NCBI GenBank assembly: GCA_044222475.1
Contig: JBGANF010000006.1
Coordinates: 32,001-96,000 of the forward strand
Reading direction: 5' to 3'
Source: Polyangiaceae bacterium
GTDB taxonomy: Bacteria; Myxococcota_A; Polyangia; Polyangiales; Polyangiaceae
Length of the DNA: 64,000 bases
The notes under the pieces were generated by a model. The model was given only the letters and a program-made list of their open reading frames with translations. It was not told the origin of the DNA and searched no databases. Shown here one piece after another: positions 1 through 12,308 of the stretch. The position numbers and the translations under genes were made by a program. Numbering within the stretch: position 1 is the first letter of the stretch; every line of letters begins with the position of its first letter.

Positions 1-342
1 ATCGGTGGCGATCTTCTCGCGCGCGCGCTGCCGAGCTTGTTCGTCGCCCGGGAGTTGATGGTAGTCGCCGAGGTAGTCCTGGAAGTGGGCGACCGAGCTC
101 GCGACCTTGCCCCAGCGCGCTTCACACTCCGCGAGGGTGAAGAGCTCGCCGGGGTGCGGATCGAGGCGGTAGCTGTCCGCGATGGCGGGGCAACCGGTGG
201 CGTACCGTCCGGCCTGCATGTCCGCGAGGCCGCGGTCGAAGAGCGCGCGCGCGGCGGCGGCATCTTGGGCGAGCGCCACCGCGGGCGCCATCATCGCGGC
301 GGCGGCTGCGAGCCCGACGAATGTCTTCGAGGTCGACCCCAC
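1..342 (-). CDS. Secreted TPR-like protein, N-terminal part (runs off the window)
   Basis: Own translation from GTG 342: MGSTSKTFVGLAAAAAMMAPAVALAQDAAAARALFDRGLADMQAGRYATGCPAIADSYRLDPHPGELFTLAECEARWGKVASSVAHFQDYL...; signal peptide followed by TPR-like helices; absent from the ORF track because it has no stop in the window. Confidence 0.7.
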   Translation of the reverse strand, partial: MGSTSKTFVGLAAAAAMMAPAVALAQDAAAARALFDRGLADMQAGRYATGCPAIADSYRLDPHPGELFTLAECEARWGKVASSVAHFQDYLGDYHQLPGDEQARQRAREKIATD

Positions 343-425
343 CCTTCGAGGTTATCTCGTGATCTCCCCAACCGGTGCGGATTCGGAGTACGAGCCGGGC
401 AGAAAGTTTCGTTTGACGGTCGCCG

Positions 426-1577
426 TCATCGCAGCGGGCTCAGATCGTCGAGGAGGCGCCTCGCGGCAACGGCTCTCACGTCGTTCGTGAGCGCATACGT
501 CGTCTCGCCCGCATGGACCACGTCGAGCCGGTCGAGCTTCAGATCCGCGAGCGCGCTCCGCATGCTCGGCGTCACCCGCGGCGCATCCGTTCGCTTCACT
601 TCGAAGCCGAAGCGCTTCCTTCCACGGACTACCAAGAGGTCGAGCTCGGCGCCGTCTTGCGTGCGCCAGAAGTGGCATTCGTCACGGCGCGCGCCCAAGC
701 GCGCCATGATCTGCTGGAGCATGAAGCCCTCCCACGACGCGCCGAGCTTCGGGTGCACGTCGAGGTCGTCGCGGGTCGTGATCCCCAGCAGCGCGTGGAG
801 CAGTCCGCTGTCGGCGACGAACACTCGGGGTGACTTGACCTGCCTCTTTGCAAGGTTCTCGTGAAATGGACGGAGCACGCGCACGACGAACGTCTTCTCG
901 AGCAGGTCGAGGTAGTCGCGCATGGTGACGTCCGACAACCCCAGCGAGCGTCCGAGCTCGGAGGCGTTCCAAAGTTGGCCGTGCCAGTGCGCGAGCATCT
1001 TCCAAAAACGCTCGAGCAGCGCGGGCGACACCCTGGAGCCGAGCGCGGGTACGTCGCGTTCGAGGAACGTTCGTAGGAACTCGCGCCGCCACGTCGCACT
1101 GGCGCGCTCGCTGTTCGCGAGGAAGCTCCGAGGGAATCCACCGCGGAGCCACAAACGATCGGACCGCGAACGTGCGATTTCGTCGAGCGCGAAGCCTTCG
1201 ACCTCGACGTGAGCGATGCGCCCGGCGAGTGACTCGGAGCTTTGCCGAAGGAGCTCGGGCGATGCGCTTCCGAGGACCAAGAACTTCGCCTTCTTTCGGT
1301 CGGCGAGAACGCGTAGCGCAGCGAAGAGGTCCGGCCGCCGCTGTACCTCGTCGATCACGACGAGGCCGCGCAACGAACCGAGGGCCAGCGTCGGCTCCTC
1401 GAGCCGCGCCAAATCGGGGCCGTTCTCCAGGTCGAGGAACGTGGCTGCCTTCCGCTTCCGTGCGATCTGACGTGCGAGCGTGCTCTTGCCCACCTGGCGC
1501 GGTCCGAGCAGCGCGACGACGGGGAACTCGCGGAGGCGCGTTTCGACGAGAGCCTCGAGTCGTTCACGCCGGAGCAT
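426..1577 (-). CDS. AAA_14 / DUF4143 ATP-binding protein
   Basis: Walker A GPRQVGKST, Walker B VVIDEVQ, LVLGSAS, RGGFP, DSGLL; C-terminal ELDLL..FGFEVK nuclease-like motif. Confidence 0.9.
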   Translation of the reverse strand: MLRRERLEALVETRLREFPVVALLGPRQVGKSTLARQIARKRKAATFLDLENGPDLARLEEPTLALGSLRGLVVIDEVQRRPDLFAALRVLADRKKAKFLVLGSASPELLRQSSESLAGRIAHVEVEGFALDEIARSRSDRLWLRGGFPRSFLANSERASATWRREFLRTFLERDVPALGSRVSPALLERFWKMLAHWHGQLWNASELGRSLGLSDVTMRDYLDLLEKTFVVRVLRPFHENLAKRQVKSPRVFVADSGLLHALLGITTRDDLDVHPKLGASWEGFMLQQIMARLGARRDECHFWRTQDGAELDLLVVRGRKRFGFEVKRTDAPRVTPSMRSALADLKLDRLDVVHAGETTYALTNDVRAVAARRLLDDLSPLR

Positions 1578-1590
1578 GGACCCAAGTGTA

Positions 1591-1623
1591 CTGTAATTTC
1601 GAGATATGGGTTCGAAATTACAG
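1591..1623. promoter_or_regulatory. Perfect 12-bp AT-rich inverted repeat upstream of the AAA/DUF4143 gene (putative operator)
   Basis: CTGTAATTTCGA(1591-1602)-N9-TCGAAATTACAG(1612-1623); a TACACT -10-like hexamer (minus strand, 1585-1590) lies 7 nt before the ATG. Confidence 0.55.
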
Positions 1624-1635
1624 GGTACTAGCGGA

Positions 1636-2565
1636 CTAGATTTTCTTCTCCCGCTTCAGCCTCTTCTTCTCGACCGCGAGCATCCTCTTGAACTGCGTCT
1701 TCTCCGACGGCTTCCTGCCGGGCAGTCCCACCTGCTCCTCGTGGTCCTCGAGGAACGTCCCCGGCGACTCGCCCAGCTCGAAGAGCGTCACCTCGCGCTG
1801 CGCGCGCGCCCCGAGCCGCAGCGGCATCACCGCCGCACCGAGCCCCGCTCCGACGTAGACTGCACCTTCGCCGCGCCTCGTCCCGTAGAGCCCGTGGACG
1901 TACTTGTGACCGACGAGCCGACCGAGCGCGAGCTCGTGGAGCCTCGCCAGCGTGAACTGCCCCGCGTGGGTGTGCCCCGCGAGCACGAGCGGGACGCCGT
2001 GGCTCCACAGCTCGTCCGCCTCTTCCGCGATGTGGGACAGACCCAGCGTCGGGAGATCGTGACGCATGCCCCTCACCGCGCGCTCGACGTCGCCGTGGCC
2101 GGTGTACGTGTCGTCGACGCCGACGAGCTGGAGGCGCTCGCCGCGCAGCTCGATCACGGTGTTCGCGTTGCGCAAGACGAGCGCGCGCTGACGCTCGAGC
2201 GTGTGGATGACCTCGTCGGCGCCGGACCAATAGTCGTGGTTGCCGAGCACGCAGACCACCGGAGCCGTGATCGCGCCGATCACGTAGCCGAGCTCGTCGA
2301 GGTACTTCTGCGAGTGGCACACGAAGTCGCCGGTGACGACCACCAGGTCCGGGTTCTCGGCGTTGGCCAGCGAGACCGCCTCCTCTTGGATCTTCAGCGG
2401 AGTGACGCGCCCGACGTGGAGGTCGGTGAGGTGCGCGATGCGGAGCGGCTTGGTCAGGCGCTCGGCGTGCATTGCGGGCCCGGCAAAGCGTCGCGTTCGG
2501 ACCTTCCCGAAGCGTTGTGGATCGGCGGGGCGGAGGAGCCCCTCGGCCACATCGATGAGCGGCAT
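1636..2565 (-). CDS. Metallophosphoesterase (calcineurin-like, YkuE-like)
   Basis: DLH, TGDF, GNHD, LSH and GHTH motifs; start re-called at MPLIDV. Confidence 0.85.
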   Translation of the reverse strand: MPLIDVAEGLLRPADPQRFGKVRTRRFAGPAMHAERLTKPLRIAHLTDLHVGRVTPLKIQEEAVSLANAENPDLVVVTGDFVCHSQKYLDELGYVIGAITAPVVCVLGNHDYWSGADEVIHTLERQRALVLRNANTVIELRGERLQLVGVDDTYTGHGDVERAVRGMRHDLPTLGLSHIAEEADELWSHGVPLVLAGHTHAGQFTLARLHELALGRLVGHKYVHGLYGTRRGEGAVYVGAGLGAAVMPLRLGARAQREVTLFELGESPGTFLEDHEEQVGLPGRKPSEKTQFKRMLAVEKKRLKREKKI

Positions 2566-2611
2566 TCCGGCCAGCGTAACATCTCGCGCGCGTGCTACAC
2601 AGCCTCGCGCG

Positions 2612-3271
2612 ATGGATCGCGAGCTCTCCACGATCGCGCAGCGCGTGGCGCGGCGATACGCCTCGGTGTCGGCGCGCATGTACGCGCGAGGAAAGCTCGG
2701 CAGCGATCCGATCGCCGCGCAGCTCTTGCGCGTCGGGCGCGAGCTCGGCTCGCTCGGCCGCGTCGTCGACGTCGGCTGCGGGCGCGGGCAGATGGGGCTC
2801 CTCGCGCTCGAAGCGGGGCTCGCGACCGAGGTCGTCGGCTTCGACTGGGACGAAGGGAAGATCCGCGACGGCAACCAGGCCGCCGCGGTCGATCCGCCGC
2901 TCGCCGCTCGGTTCGAGCGCGGGGACGTCCGCGAGCACGCGATCCCCTCCGGGGACACGCTGCTGATGTTCGACGTGCTCCACTACCTGACCGACGTCCA
3001 ACAAGCGGCCCTCGTCGACCGCGTCGCCGCTGCCGGTCACCGTACCATTTTGGTACGAGAGCTCGACCCCGACCGCGGATGGCGGAGCTTCACGACGCGC
3101 GCGCAGGAGACGGTGACGACGTTCTTCGGCTACAACGTCGGCGAGCGCGTGCGCGTCCGGCCCATCGCCGACGTCACCAAGGCCCTCGAAGCGGCCGGCT
3201 ACTCCGTGTCCGTCGAGCCGAGCTGGGGGAGCACGCCGTTCGCGAACGTCGCGATCAAGGCGATCCGCTAG
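2612..3271 (+). CDS. Class I SAM-dependent methyltransferase
   Basis: VVDVGCGRG motif I, GFDWD, FDVLHYL. Confidence 0.85.
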   Translation: MDRELSTIAQRVARRYASVSARMYARGKLGSDPIAAQLLRVGRELGSLGRVVDVGCGRGQMGLLALEAGLATEVVGFDWDEGKIRDGNQAAAVDPPLAARFERGDVREHAIPSGDTLLMFDVLHYLTDVQQAALVDRVAAAGHRTILVRELDPDRGWRSFTTRAQETVTTFFGYNVGERVRVRPIADVTKALEAAGYSVSVEPSWGSTPFANVAIKAIR

Positions 3272-3790
3272 TCAGCGAACGGGTTCGCAGGTGCGTGACT
3301 GAGCGCACGTGAATCCTGGGCTGCACGGTGGATTGCACAGGGCGACGCATGCCCCCGCGTTGCACGAATACCCCGGAGAACAAGGCGGATCGCACCCGGG
3401 AGCGGTCGAGGCGCTCGGCGCTGCGGAGGGCGCGGTGGCACTTCCATCGATGCGGAACGCGAGGCCACGAATCGTGTACCCCTGCTCGTTGCACCGCGGC
3501 TCCTGGTGGGGCTCGGTGATCGTCACGATCTCCACATAGGTCGCGCCCCTTCGGCCCGCTTCGTTTCGAAGCAGCACGAGCGCACCCTCGTAGGTGCCGG
3601 TGGGCGACATCGCGCTGCAGCCGCCGCCATGGGTCACCTCGATCGGTCCCAACTCTCGAGCGCCAACGGGAGGGTCGGCTTTGCCGACCCGAACTTCGGC
3701 GCCGCGCGGCGACAGCGCCACCGTCTCGGGGTTGCAGCTCGTCGAAGCCAAGAACGCAAACACCGCAGCCAGTCCGATTCGCCGAAGCAT
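3272..3790 (-). CDS. Lipoprotein, DUF4156-like domain with Cys-rich C-terminal repeats
   Basis: Signal ending in STSC; LRNEAGRRGATYV motif; two CxPPCSPGxxC repeats. Confidence 0.6.
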   Translation of the reverse strand: MLRRIGLAAVFAFLASTSCNPETVALSPRGAEVRVGKADPPVGARELGPIEVTHGGGCSAMSPTGTYEGALVLLRNEAGRRGATYVEIVTITEPHQEPRCNEQGYTIRGLAFRIDGSATAPSAAPSASTAPGCDPPCSPGYSCNAGACVALCNPPCSPGFTCAQSRTCEPVR

Positions 3791-3829
3791 CGACCTCCGA
3801 TACTGAACTTCTTCGCCATCGTCGAGCCT

Positions 3830-4579
3830 TCAGAGTCGGCCAGGGGGGGCCACCTCGAAGACGACGTCGGCATCGAAGCGCTCGCCGAACAGCGGGGCGG
3901 TCGCTCGGGCCGCTTCCTCGACCGTGGGCGCGTCGCGGCCGAGCGACGCGAGCGACGCGACGCCATACTCCTTGATCCCGCACGGGACGATCGCGTCGAA
4001 GTCCTCGAGGGTCGTCGACACGTTGAACGCGAACCCGTGCATCGTGCACCAACGCGACAGCCTCACTCCGATCGCCCCGATCTTCGCGACGCGGCGGTGC
4101 GGGAACGCGGTGTCCCCCTCGGCGAGCGGCACCCAGCGGTCCGGCGAGTCGAGGTCGACCCACACGCCCACGTACTTCGGGTCGGGCGGCATCAGGCCCG
4201 CCGAGACTCCGAAGACCTTCGCGAGCGCGATCATGATCTCGGCGAGGTCGCGCACGTAGCGCCGAACGTCCTGTCGATCGGGCCTCAGGTCGAAGATGGG
4301 GTACGCCACGAGCTGCCCGGGCCCGTGGTACGTGACGTCGCCGCCGCGGCCCGTCTCGACCAGCGCGATGCCGCGCTTGGCGCGCTCCGCCTCCCCGAGG
4401 ACGACGTTCTCGGCGTGGGCGCCGCGACCGAGGGTGATCACCGGCGGGTGCTCGAGGAGGAGCAACGTGTCCCCGACGCGCCCCTCGATCCGCGCGCGCA
4501 GCAGATCCTCCTGGAGCGCATGAGCGCGCGCGTAATCGACTCGACCGAGCCAGCGGGCGCTGATGCTACGGCGCCTCAC
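3830..4579 (-). CDS. lipB: Lipoyl(octanoyl) transferase
   Basis: LLEHPPVITLG, RGGDVTYHGPGQLVAYPI, KIGAIG, HGFAFNV, IVPCG; GTG start overlaps the upstream TGA. Confidence 0.95.
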   Translation of the reverse strand: MRRRSISARWLGRVDYARAHALQEDLLRARIEGRVGDTLLLLEHPPVITLGRGAHAENVVLGEAERAKRGIALVETGRGGDVTYHGPGQLVAYPIFDLRPDRQDVRRYVRDLAEIMIALAKVFGVSAGLMPPDPKYVGVWVDLDSPDRWVPLAEGDTAFPHRRVAKIGAIGVRLSRWCTMHGFAFNVSTTLEDFDAIVPCGIKEYGVASLASLGRDAPTVEEAARATAPLFGERFDADVVFEVAPPGRL

Positions 4580-5478
4580 TTCTTCGGCTTCGCCGCGACG
4601 TAGAGCGCACGATCGATCACGTTGGGCCACCCTTGGACGTACAGCCGGCATCCGTCGGGCGAGAGCCACGTCGGCGTCTGGACCTTCTGCAGGCCGTCGA
4701 TGGCGATCGGCTGCGGGTCCTTGGCGACCCACGTGCCGCCCGACTTCCGCATCTCGTGCAGCGACGCCGTGTCGAAGGTGTTCCCCTCGCCGTAGTAGAG
4801 GATCGTTTCGCTGGCGTTCACCACGACGCCGTTCGTGCTCACCGGCACGCCGGGCAGCGGCGCCGGAACACCGGGCTTTCCGGCGCCGTCGATCGCGACG
4901 CGCATCGGCCCAGGACCCGTGCCGAAGTAGAGCGCGCCATCGTTCGCCACGAAGGGCATCACCATGTGGACCTGGGGATCCGAGAGCCAGACCTCGGCGG
5001 CGGTGAAGTCCTTCGCGTCGCTCGCGATGCGATGGATCGCGTTCTTTCCCGCGACCAGTGCGGAGAAGTAGATCGTCTTCCCGTCGGTGGAGAGGGCAGG
5101 GTACGCGTGGGCGACGGTCGACGAGGCGGCCCGCTCGTCGGCGCCGACGAACCCGGAGCCGACGCGATCGGCGACGAAGATCTTCGTCGTGCCTCCCTGG
5201 TCGGCGTCGAACACGGCGAAGCGTTCGTTGGTCGCGTCGATGCGGAGGATGCCCGAGAGCGGGATGGCTCCAGCGTCCGCCGCCGAGCGATAGTCGACGA
5301 GGACCGCCTTGCCGAATGGCGCGTCGAGATCGCAGGCCGGACCGGCGGCGTCGCTCCCAGCGTCGGCGGGAGGCGCGGTGTCGACCGCGGCGTCCTTGGG
5401 TTGGGTCGGCTCTTCGCTCGAGCAGGCCATCGTCATCCCAAAAAGGGACAAGAGCGCGATCGTGCTTCGGTGACCCAT
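4576..5478 (-). CDS. Lipoprotein with PD40/TolB-like beta-propeller repeats
   Basis: Lipobox MTMAC; YPALSTDGKTIYF and PTWLSPDGCRLY repeats. Confidence 0.7.
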   Translation of the reverse strand: MGHRSTIALLSLFGMTMACSSEEPTQPKDAAVDTAPPADAGSDAAGPACDLDAPFGKAVLVDYRSAADAGAIPLSGILRIDATNERFAVFDADQGGTTKIFVADRVGSGFVGADERAASSTVAHAYPALSTDGKTIYFSALVAGKNAIHRIASDAKDFTAAEVWLSDPQVHMVMPFVANDGALYFGTGPGPMRVAIDGAGKPGVPAPLPGVPVSTNGVVVNASETILYYGEGNTFDTASLHEMRKSGGTWVAKDPQPIAIDGLQKVQTPTWLSPDGCRLYVQGWPNVIDRALYVAAKPKK

Positions 5479-5479
5479 G

Positions 5480-6994
<1,515 letters not shown>

Positions 6995-7025
6995 TTAGCT
7001 CAAACTCCGCCGAACGGCATGGGCG

Positions 7026-8516
7026 TTACTCGGGGATTTGGAGCCCGGCGGCGACCAGCTCGTCGCGGTATTGATCGAGCCATTTCACGAACGTGGCCGA
7101 GACCTCGGGGTCGAACTGGGTCCCCGAGCAGCGCTCGATCTCGTCGACCGCGACCTCGTGGGGGAGGGCGCGACGGTACGCGCGGTCGCTCGTCATCGCG
7201 TCGTACGTGTCGGCGACGGAGATGATACGCGCGATCAGCGGGACGTCGTTGCCCTTCAGGCCGAGTGGATACCCGCGGCCGTCCCACCGCTCGTGGTGGA
7301 GGTGCACGCCAGGGATGAGCGGGTGGAGGAATTTGATCGGATCGAGGATGTCGCGCCCGAAGCCCGGGTGACGCTTGAAGATCTCGTACTCGTCCTGGGT
7401 GAGCTTCCCCGGCTTGTTGAGGTTCATCACGCAGCCGATCTTGCCGATGTCGTGCATGAGCGCTGCCTGGCGCACGATCTCTTGCTCCTGCGGGCCGAGC
7501 CCGAGCCGCTGCGCCAAGTAGGCGGCGTACATCGCGACTCGGCTCGAGTGACCGGCGGTGTAGCGATCCATCTTGTCGATGGCCTTCGCGAGCCCCTCGA
7601 TCGTCTGCTGGAACGTCGCCTGGAGGTCCTCGTAGAGGCGCGCGTTCTCCACCGCGGCCGCGGCGCGCGAGCCCACGATCGAGAGCACCTTGCGCTGCCC
7701 TTCCACGAAGCGCTTGGTCTTGGAGAACGAGAGGACGGCGACGAAGCCGAACGGCTTCTCCTTCATCCGCAGCGGCACTGCGACCAGCGACTGCGGCGGG
7801 ATCGCGGGCTGGCGCGAGAAGAAGCGGCCGACGCTCGCGCCGTGCTCGAGGAGCGCGCCGCTCTCCTTGAAGTGGGCGAGGAACGCCGCCGGGTCGAGCT
7901 CGCCGAGGTCCGCGTCGGACGCGGGCGGCGGGTCGGCGGCGCGGCGCAGGCGCTCGAAGAGCCCGCCCTCGCTGTCGTCGAGCCAGGTCGACACGAGGTC
8001 GCCGTCGAGCTCGTGGAGGGCGGTGTCGGCGATGGTCGCGAGCACCTCTTCGAGCGAGAGCGACGCTTGGATCGCCTCGCTCACCTTGTAGAGGCTGAGC
8101 GCTTCGCGGAGCCGGATGTTCTCGGCCGCGAGGCGTTGCTTCTCCAGCCCGCGCTGGACGACGTGGATGACCTCTTCGACCTTGAACGGCTTGAGGATGT
8201 AGTCGTACGCGCCGCGCTTCATCGCGTCGATCGCGGTCTCCACCGTTCCGAAGCCGGTCATGATGACGGTGAGCGCGTTGGGAGCTTCGGTTGCCATCTG
8301 GGCGAGCAGCTCGATGCCGCCCATCTTCGGCATCTTCAGATCGCTGATGACGATGTCGTACTTCTGGCTGCGCAGCTCGCCGATCGCGGCGGACCCATCC
8401 TCTGCCGTACGTACGACGTAACCTTCCATTCCGAGAAAGTCCGCGAGGATGTCTCGAATGAACTTCTCGTCGTCGACGATGAGGACGCGAGGGCGATCCT
8501 CGTGGGGGGTGGTCAT
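7026..8516 (-). CDS. Response regulator REC-GAF-HD-GYP (cyclic dinucleotide phosphodiesterase)
   Basis: REC: VLIVDDE, DLKMP, KPF; central GAF-like region; HDIGKIG and HHERWDGRGYP intact. Confidence 0.92.
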   Translation of the reverse strand: MTTPHEDRPRVLIVDDEKFIRDILADFLGMEGYVVRTAEDGSAAIGELRSQKYDIVISDLKMPKMGGIELLAQMATEAPNALTVIMTGFGTVETAIDAMKRGAYDYILKPFKVEEVIHVVQRGLEKQRLAAENIRLREALSLYKVSEAIQASLSLEEVLATIADTALHELDGDLVSTWLDDSEGGLFERLRRAADPPPASDADLGELDPAAFLAHFKESGALLEHGASVGRFFSRQPAIPPQSLVAVPLRMKEKPFGFVAVLSFSKTKRFVEGQRKVLSIVGSRAAAAVENARLYEDLQATFQQTIEGLAKAIDKMDRYTAGHSSRVAMYAAYLAQRLGLGPQEQEIVRQAALMHDIGKIGCVMNLNKPGKLTQDEYEIFKRHPGFGRDILDPIKFLHPLIPGVHLHHERWDGRGYPLGLKGNDVPLIARIISVADTYDAMTSDRAYRRALPHEVAVDEIERCSGTQFDPEVSATFVKWLDQYRDELVAAGLQIPE

Positions 8517-8522
8517 TCGTAG

Positions 8523-9251
8523 GTGCGAAGTGTACAGGCGAGGTCGGGCGAGGTCACGCGAAACGGCCGCAATGGCTCCCGGCCCACCGTTGCCGACGCG
8601 CCTGCGCCATGCGATGAACCGGACGTGGGCTGGCCCTCCCTAGACCGTTCCCGGCTCTCGGCGCCGGCGTGGAGCGTGCTCGCCTACTCGACGCTCGTCG
8701 TCGTCGCCTTCGGCATCTCGCTCGCCCTCGGCCGGTCCCCGCTCGACCGCGAGCCCTGGCTCCCGACGAGCGGCATCGAGGCGGCGTTCTCGTCCCTCGT
8801 GCTCGGCCTCGCCGTCGCCGCCCTCACGCTCCTCGCCACCCGGGCCCTCGGCGCCCGCACGAAGTGGGCTCGGGCGCTCGAAGCGGAGCTCCACCCCATC
8901 GTCCGCGGCCAGACCGACGGCGCGCTCTCGGTGATGGCGCTCGCGAGCGGCGTCGGCGAGGAGATCTTCTTCCGCGGGCTCCTGTCGCCGTGGATCGGCG
9001 TCGTCCTCTCGTCGCTCGCGTTCGGCGCGGTTCACCAAGTGCGCGGGCCCGGGCGCATCGGCTGGATGGCGAGCGCCGCCGCCCTCGGGCTCGCGTTCGC
9101 CTTGGTGTTCGGTGCGACGGGGAGCCTCCTCGGGCCGGTCGTCGGTCACACGCTCATCAACTTCTGGAACCTGCGCGGACTCCGCTCGCGATCGCCCGCC
9201 GCCGCGCTCCCGCCGCCGGCGCGGCTCGGCGGCATCCTCCGCCGCCGCTGA
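8523..9251 (+). CDS. CPBP/Abi intramembrane glutamic endopeptidase (start uncertain, probably further downstream)
   Basis: EEIFFRG, FGAVH and HTLIN motifs; several TM segments. Confidence 0.8.
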   Translation: MRSVQARSGEVTRNGRNGSRPTVADAPAPCDEPDVGWPSLDRSRLSAPAWSVLAYSTLVVVAFGISLALGRSPLDREPWLPTSGIEAAFSSLVLGLAVAALTLLATRALGARTKWARALEAELHPIVRGQTDGALSVMALASGVGEEIFFRGLLSPWIGVVLSSLAFGAVHQVRGPGRIGWMASAAALGLAFALVFGATGSLLGPVVGHTLINFWNLRGLRSRSPAAALPPPARLGGILRRR

Positions 9252-10895
<1,644 letters not shown>

Positions 10896-10904
10896 GGACT
10901 CATA

Positions 10905-10962
10905 CTAGTGTGGTGAGTCTGCGAACCGGCCAACAAACCGGCGGCAAGACTCACCACACTAG
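10905..10962. repeat. Short CTAG-ended inverted-repeat element (MITE/REP-like)
   Basis: Perfect 16-bp IR CTAGTGTGGTGAGTCT(10905-10920) / AGACTCACCACACTAG(10947-10962). Confidence 0.7.
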
Positions 10963-11016
10963 GTGCGCCCGGGGAGCGGGCGCCGGGTTCTCCGGGGCGG
11001 AGCCCCGATGACGAAG

Positions 11017-11096
11017 GCTGGTGTCCTGAGCCGGCGCTCTGCGCCGGTGCGAATGCATCCGAGATTTCGAAGGAATCTCGGACTCAGGGCACCAGC
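11017..11096. repeat. Second, related IR element enclosing two inner hairpins
   Basis: GCTGGTGTCCTGAG(11017-11030) / CTCAGGGCACCAGC(11083-11096); inner CCGGCGC-tct-GCGCCGG and TCCGAGATT-N7-AATCTCGGA. Confidence 0.65.
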
Positions 11097-11545
11097 GGGA
11101 CTGGGCCGCCGAGGAAGCCAAAGAAGCGCGCCACCCAGACCACGACCTGGAGCACGGATCCCGCCAGCACGGCCCGCAGCGCCCACGTGGCGGCGGTCGA
11201 GTCGGCGAACGCGCGAAGATCGCCGTCGCGTCCGACGAGGCGGATGCTGTCGATCGCGAGAACGCCGAGCGCCACGACGATGACCGGTCCGAGCGGGTTG
11301 TAGCGGAGCGCGGCGACGAGATCGCCGTGGAGAAGCGCGAGCGCCGAGCGCGTGGTTCCGCAGCCGGGGCAGGGCGTGTGCGTCATCGCGGCGAAGCTGC
11401 AAGGCACCCGACCGGAGGCGAGCACGAAGAAGAGCGCGGCGTACCCGGCCGACAGGAGCGCCGCCCTCGCCACGCGGTTGCGGACCGGCGTGGCAGACGT
11501 GGCCGGCGCCGGCGCCGGCACGAGCGCTATTTTGCCGGGAGCCAT
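11084..11545 (-). CDS. DUF2752 membrane protein
   Basis: CSFAAMTHTPCPGCGTTRS..LLHGD..ALRYNPL signature. Confidence 0.85.
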   Translation of the reverse strand: MAPGKIALVPAPAPATSATPVRNRVARAALLSAGYAALFFVLASGRVPCSFAAMTHTPCPGCGTTRSALALLHGDLVAALRYNPLGPVIVVALGVLAIDSIRLVGRDGDLRAFADSTAATWALRAVLAGSVLQVVVWVARFFGFLGGPVPLVP

Positions 11546-11650
11546 GAATCAGACGTGCGACTGCGTCGGGTTTCGGGTTACCATGCGCCCCGTTCGAGCG
11601 ACGAGACCTGGGTACGCCAGGCCCGCCCACGTTGGAGAGAGAAGGAACGC

Positions 11651-12241
11651 ATGATGGTGGATCAGCCGATGAGCGCAAACGGTATTTTGCAGGCCGCTGG
11701 TGGCTATGGTCCGCCGGGTGGTGGCTATCCTCCTCCGGGCGCTCCGCCGGGTGGTGGCTACGGTGGTCCTCCTCCCGGCGCACCGCCGGGCGGTGGCTAC
11801 GGTGGTCCTCCGCAGGGCCCGCCTCCGGGTGGCTTCGGTGGTCCTCCTCCGGGCGCGCCTCCGGGCGGCGGCTACGGCGGTCCTCCGCCGGGTGGCTTCG
11901 GCGGTCCTCCGCCGGGTGGCCCGCCTCCGGGCGGCGGTTTCGGTCCTCCGGGCGGCGGCTTCGCCCCGCCGGGCGGCCCGATGATGCCGGGCGGCGCTGC
12001 GGGTGAGGTCAACACCACGCTCCCGCTCATCCTCAACATCGTCGGCATCCTCTGCTGCGCGTGCTTCCCGGTCGGCATCGTCGGCCTCGTCTTCGCCATC
12101 CAGGCCAACACGGCCAAGAAGGCGGGCGACATCATGACCGCGCAGTCGAAGGCGAAGACCGCCCTCATCTGCGGCATCGTCTCGGTCGCTCTCGGCGTCC
12201 TCGGCGACATGGGCGGCGGCGTCTCCAGCATGCTGAACTGA
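11651..12241 (+). CDS. CD225/dispanin family protein with Gly/Pro-rich N-terminus
   Basis: GG(Y/F)GGPPPG repeats, then ILCCACFPVGIVGLVFAIQANTAKKAGD..AQSKAK. Confidence 0.8.
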   Translation: MMVDQPMSANGILQAAGGYGPPGGGYPPPGAPPGGGYGGPPPGAPPGGGYGGPPQGPPPGGFGGPPPGAPPGGGYGGPPPGGFGGPPPGGPPPGGGFGPPGGGFAPPGGPMMPGGAAGEVNTTLPLILNIVGILCCACFPVGIVGLVFAIQANTAKKAGDIMTAQSKAKTALICGIVSVALGVLGDMGGGVSSMLN

Positions 12242-12264
12242 TAGTCCCAACTTGGGACGACGCG

Positions 12265-12304
12265 GCGGAGGCCACCCGAAAGGGACGGCCTCCGCTTCGC
12301 TTTT
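12265..12304 (+). terminator. Hairpin between convergent genes
   Basis: GCGGAGGCC..CCC-GAAA-GGG..GGCCTCCGC followed by TTCGCTTTT. Confidence 0.55.
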
Positions 12305-12308
12305 GTGC

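Noticed and set aside
100..120. Frameshift in the first TPR-like gene
   Set aside because: On recount the C-run has four bases, so the frame is intact (ARWGKV)
11698..11980. Tandem DNA repeats as a non-coding element
   Set aside because: They encode GG(Y/F)GGPPPG low-complexity peptide with synonymous variation
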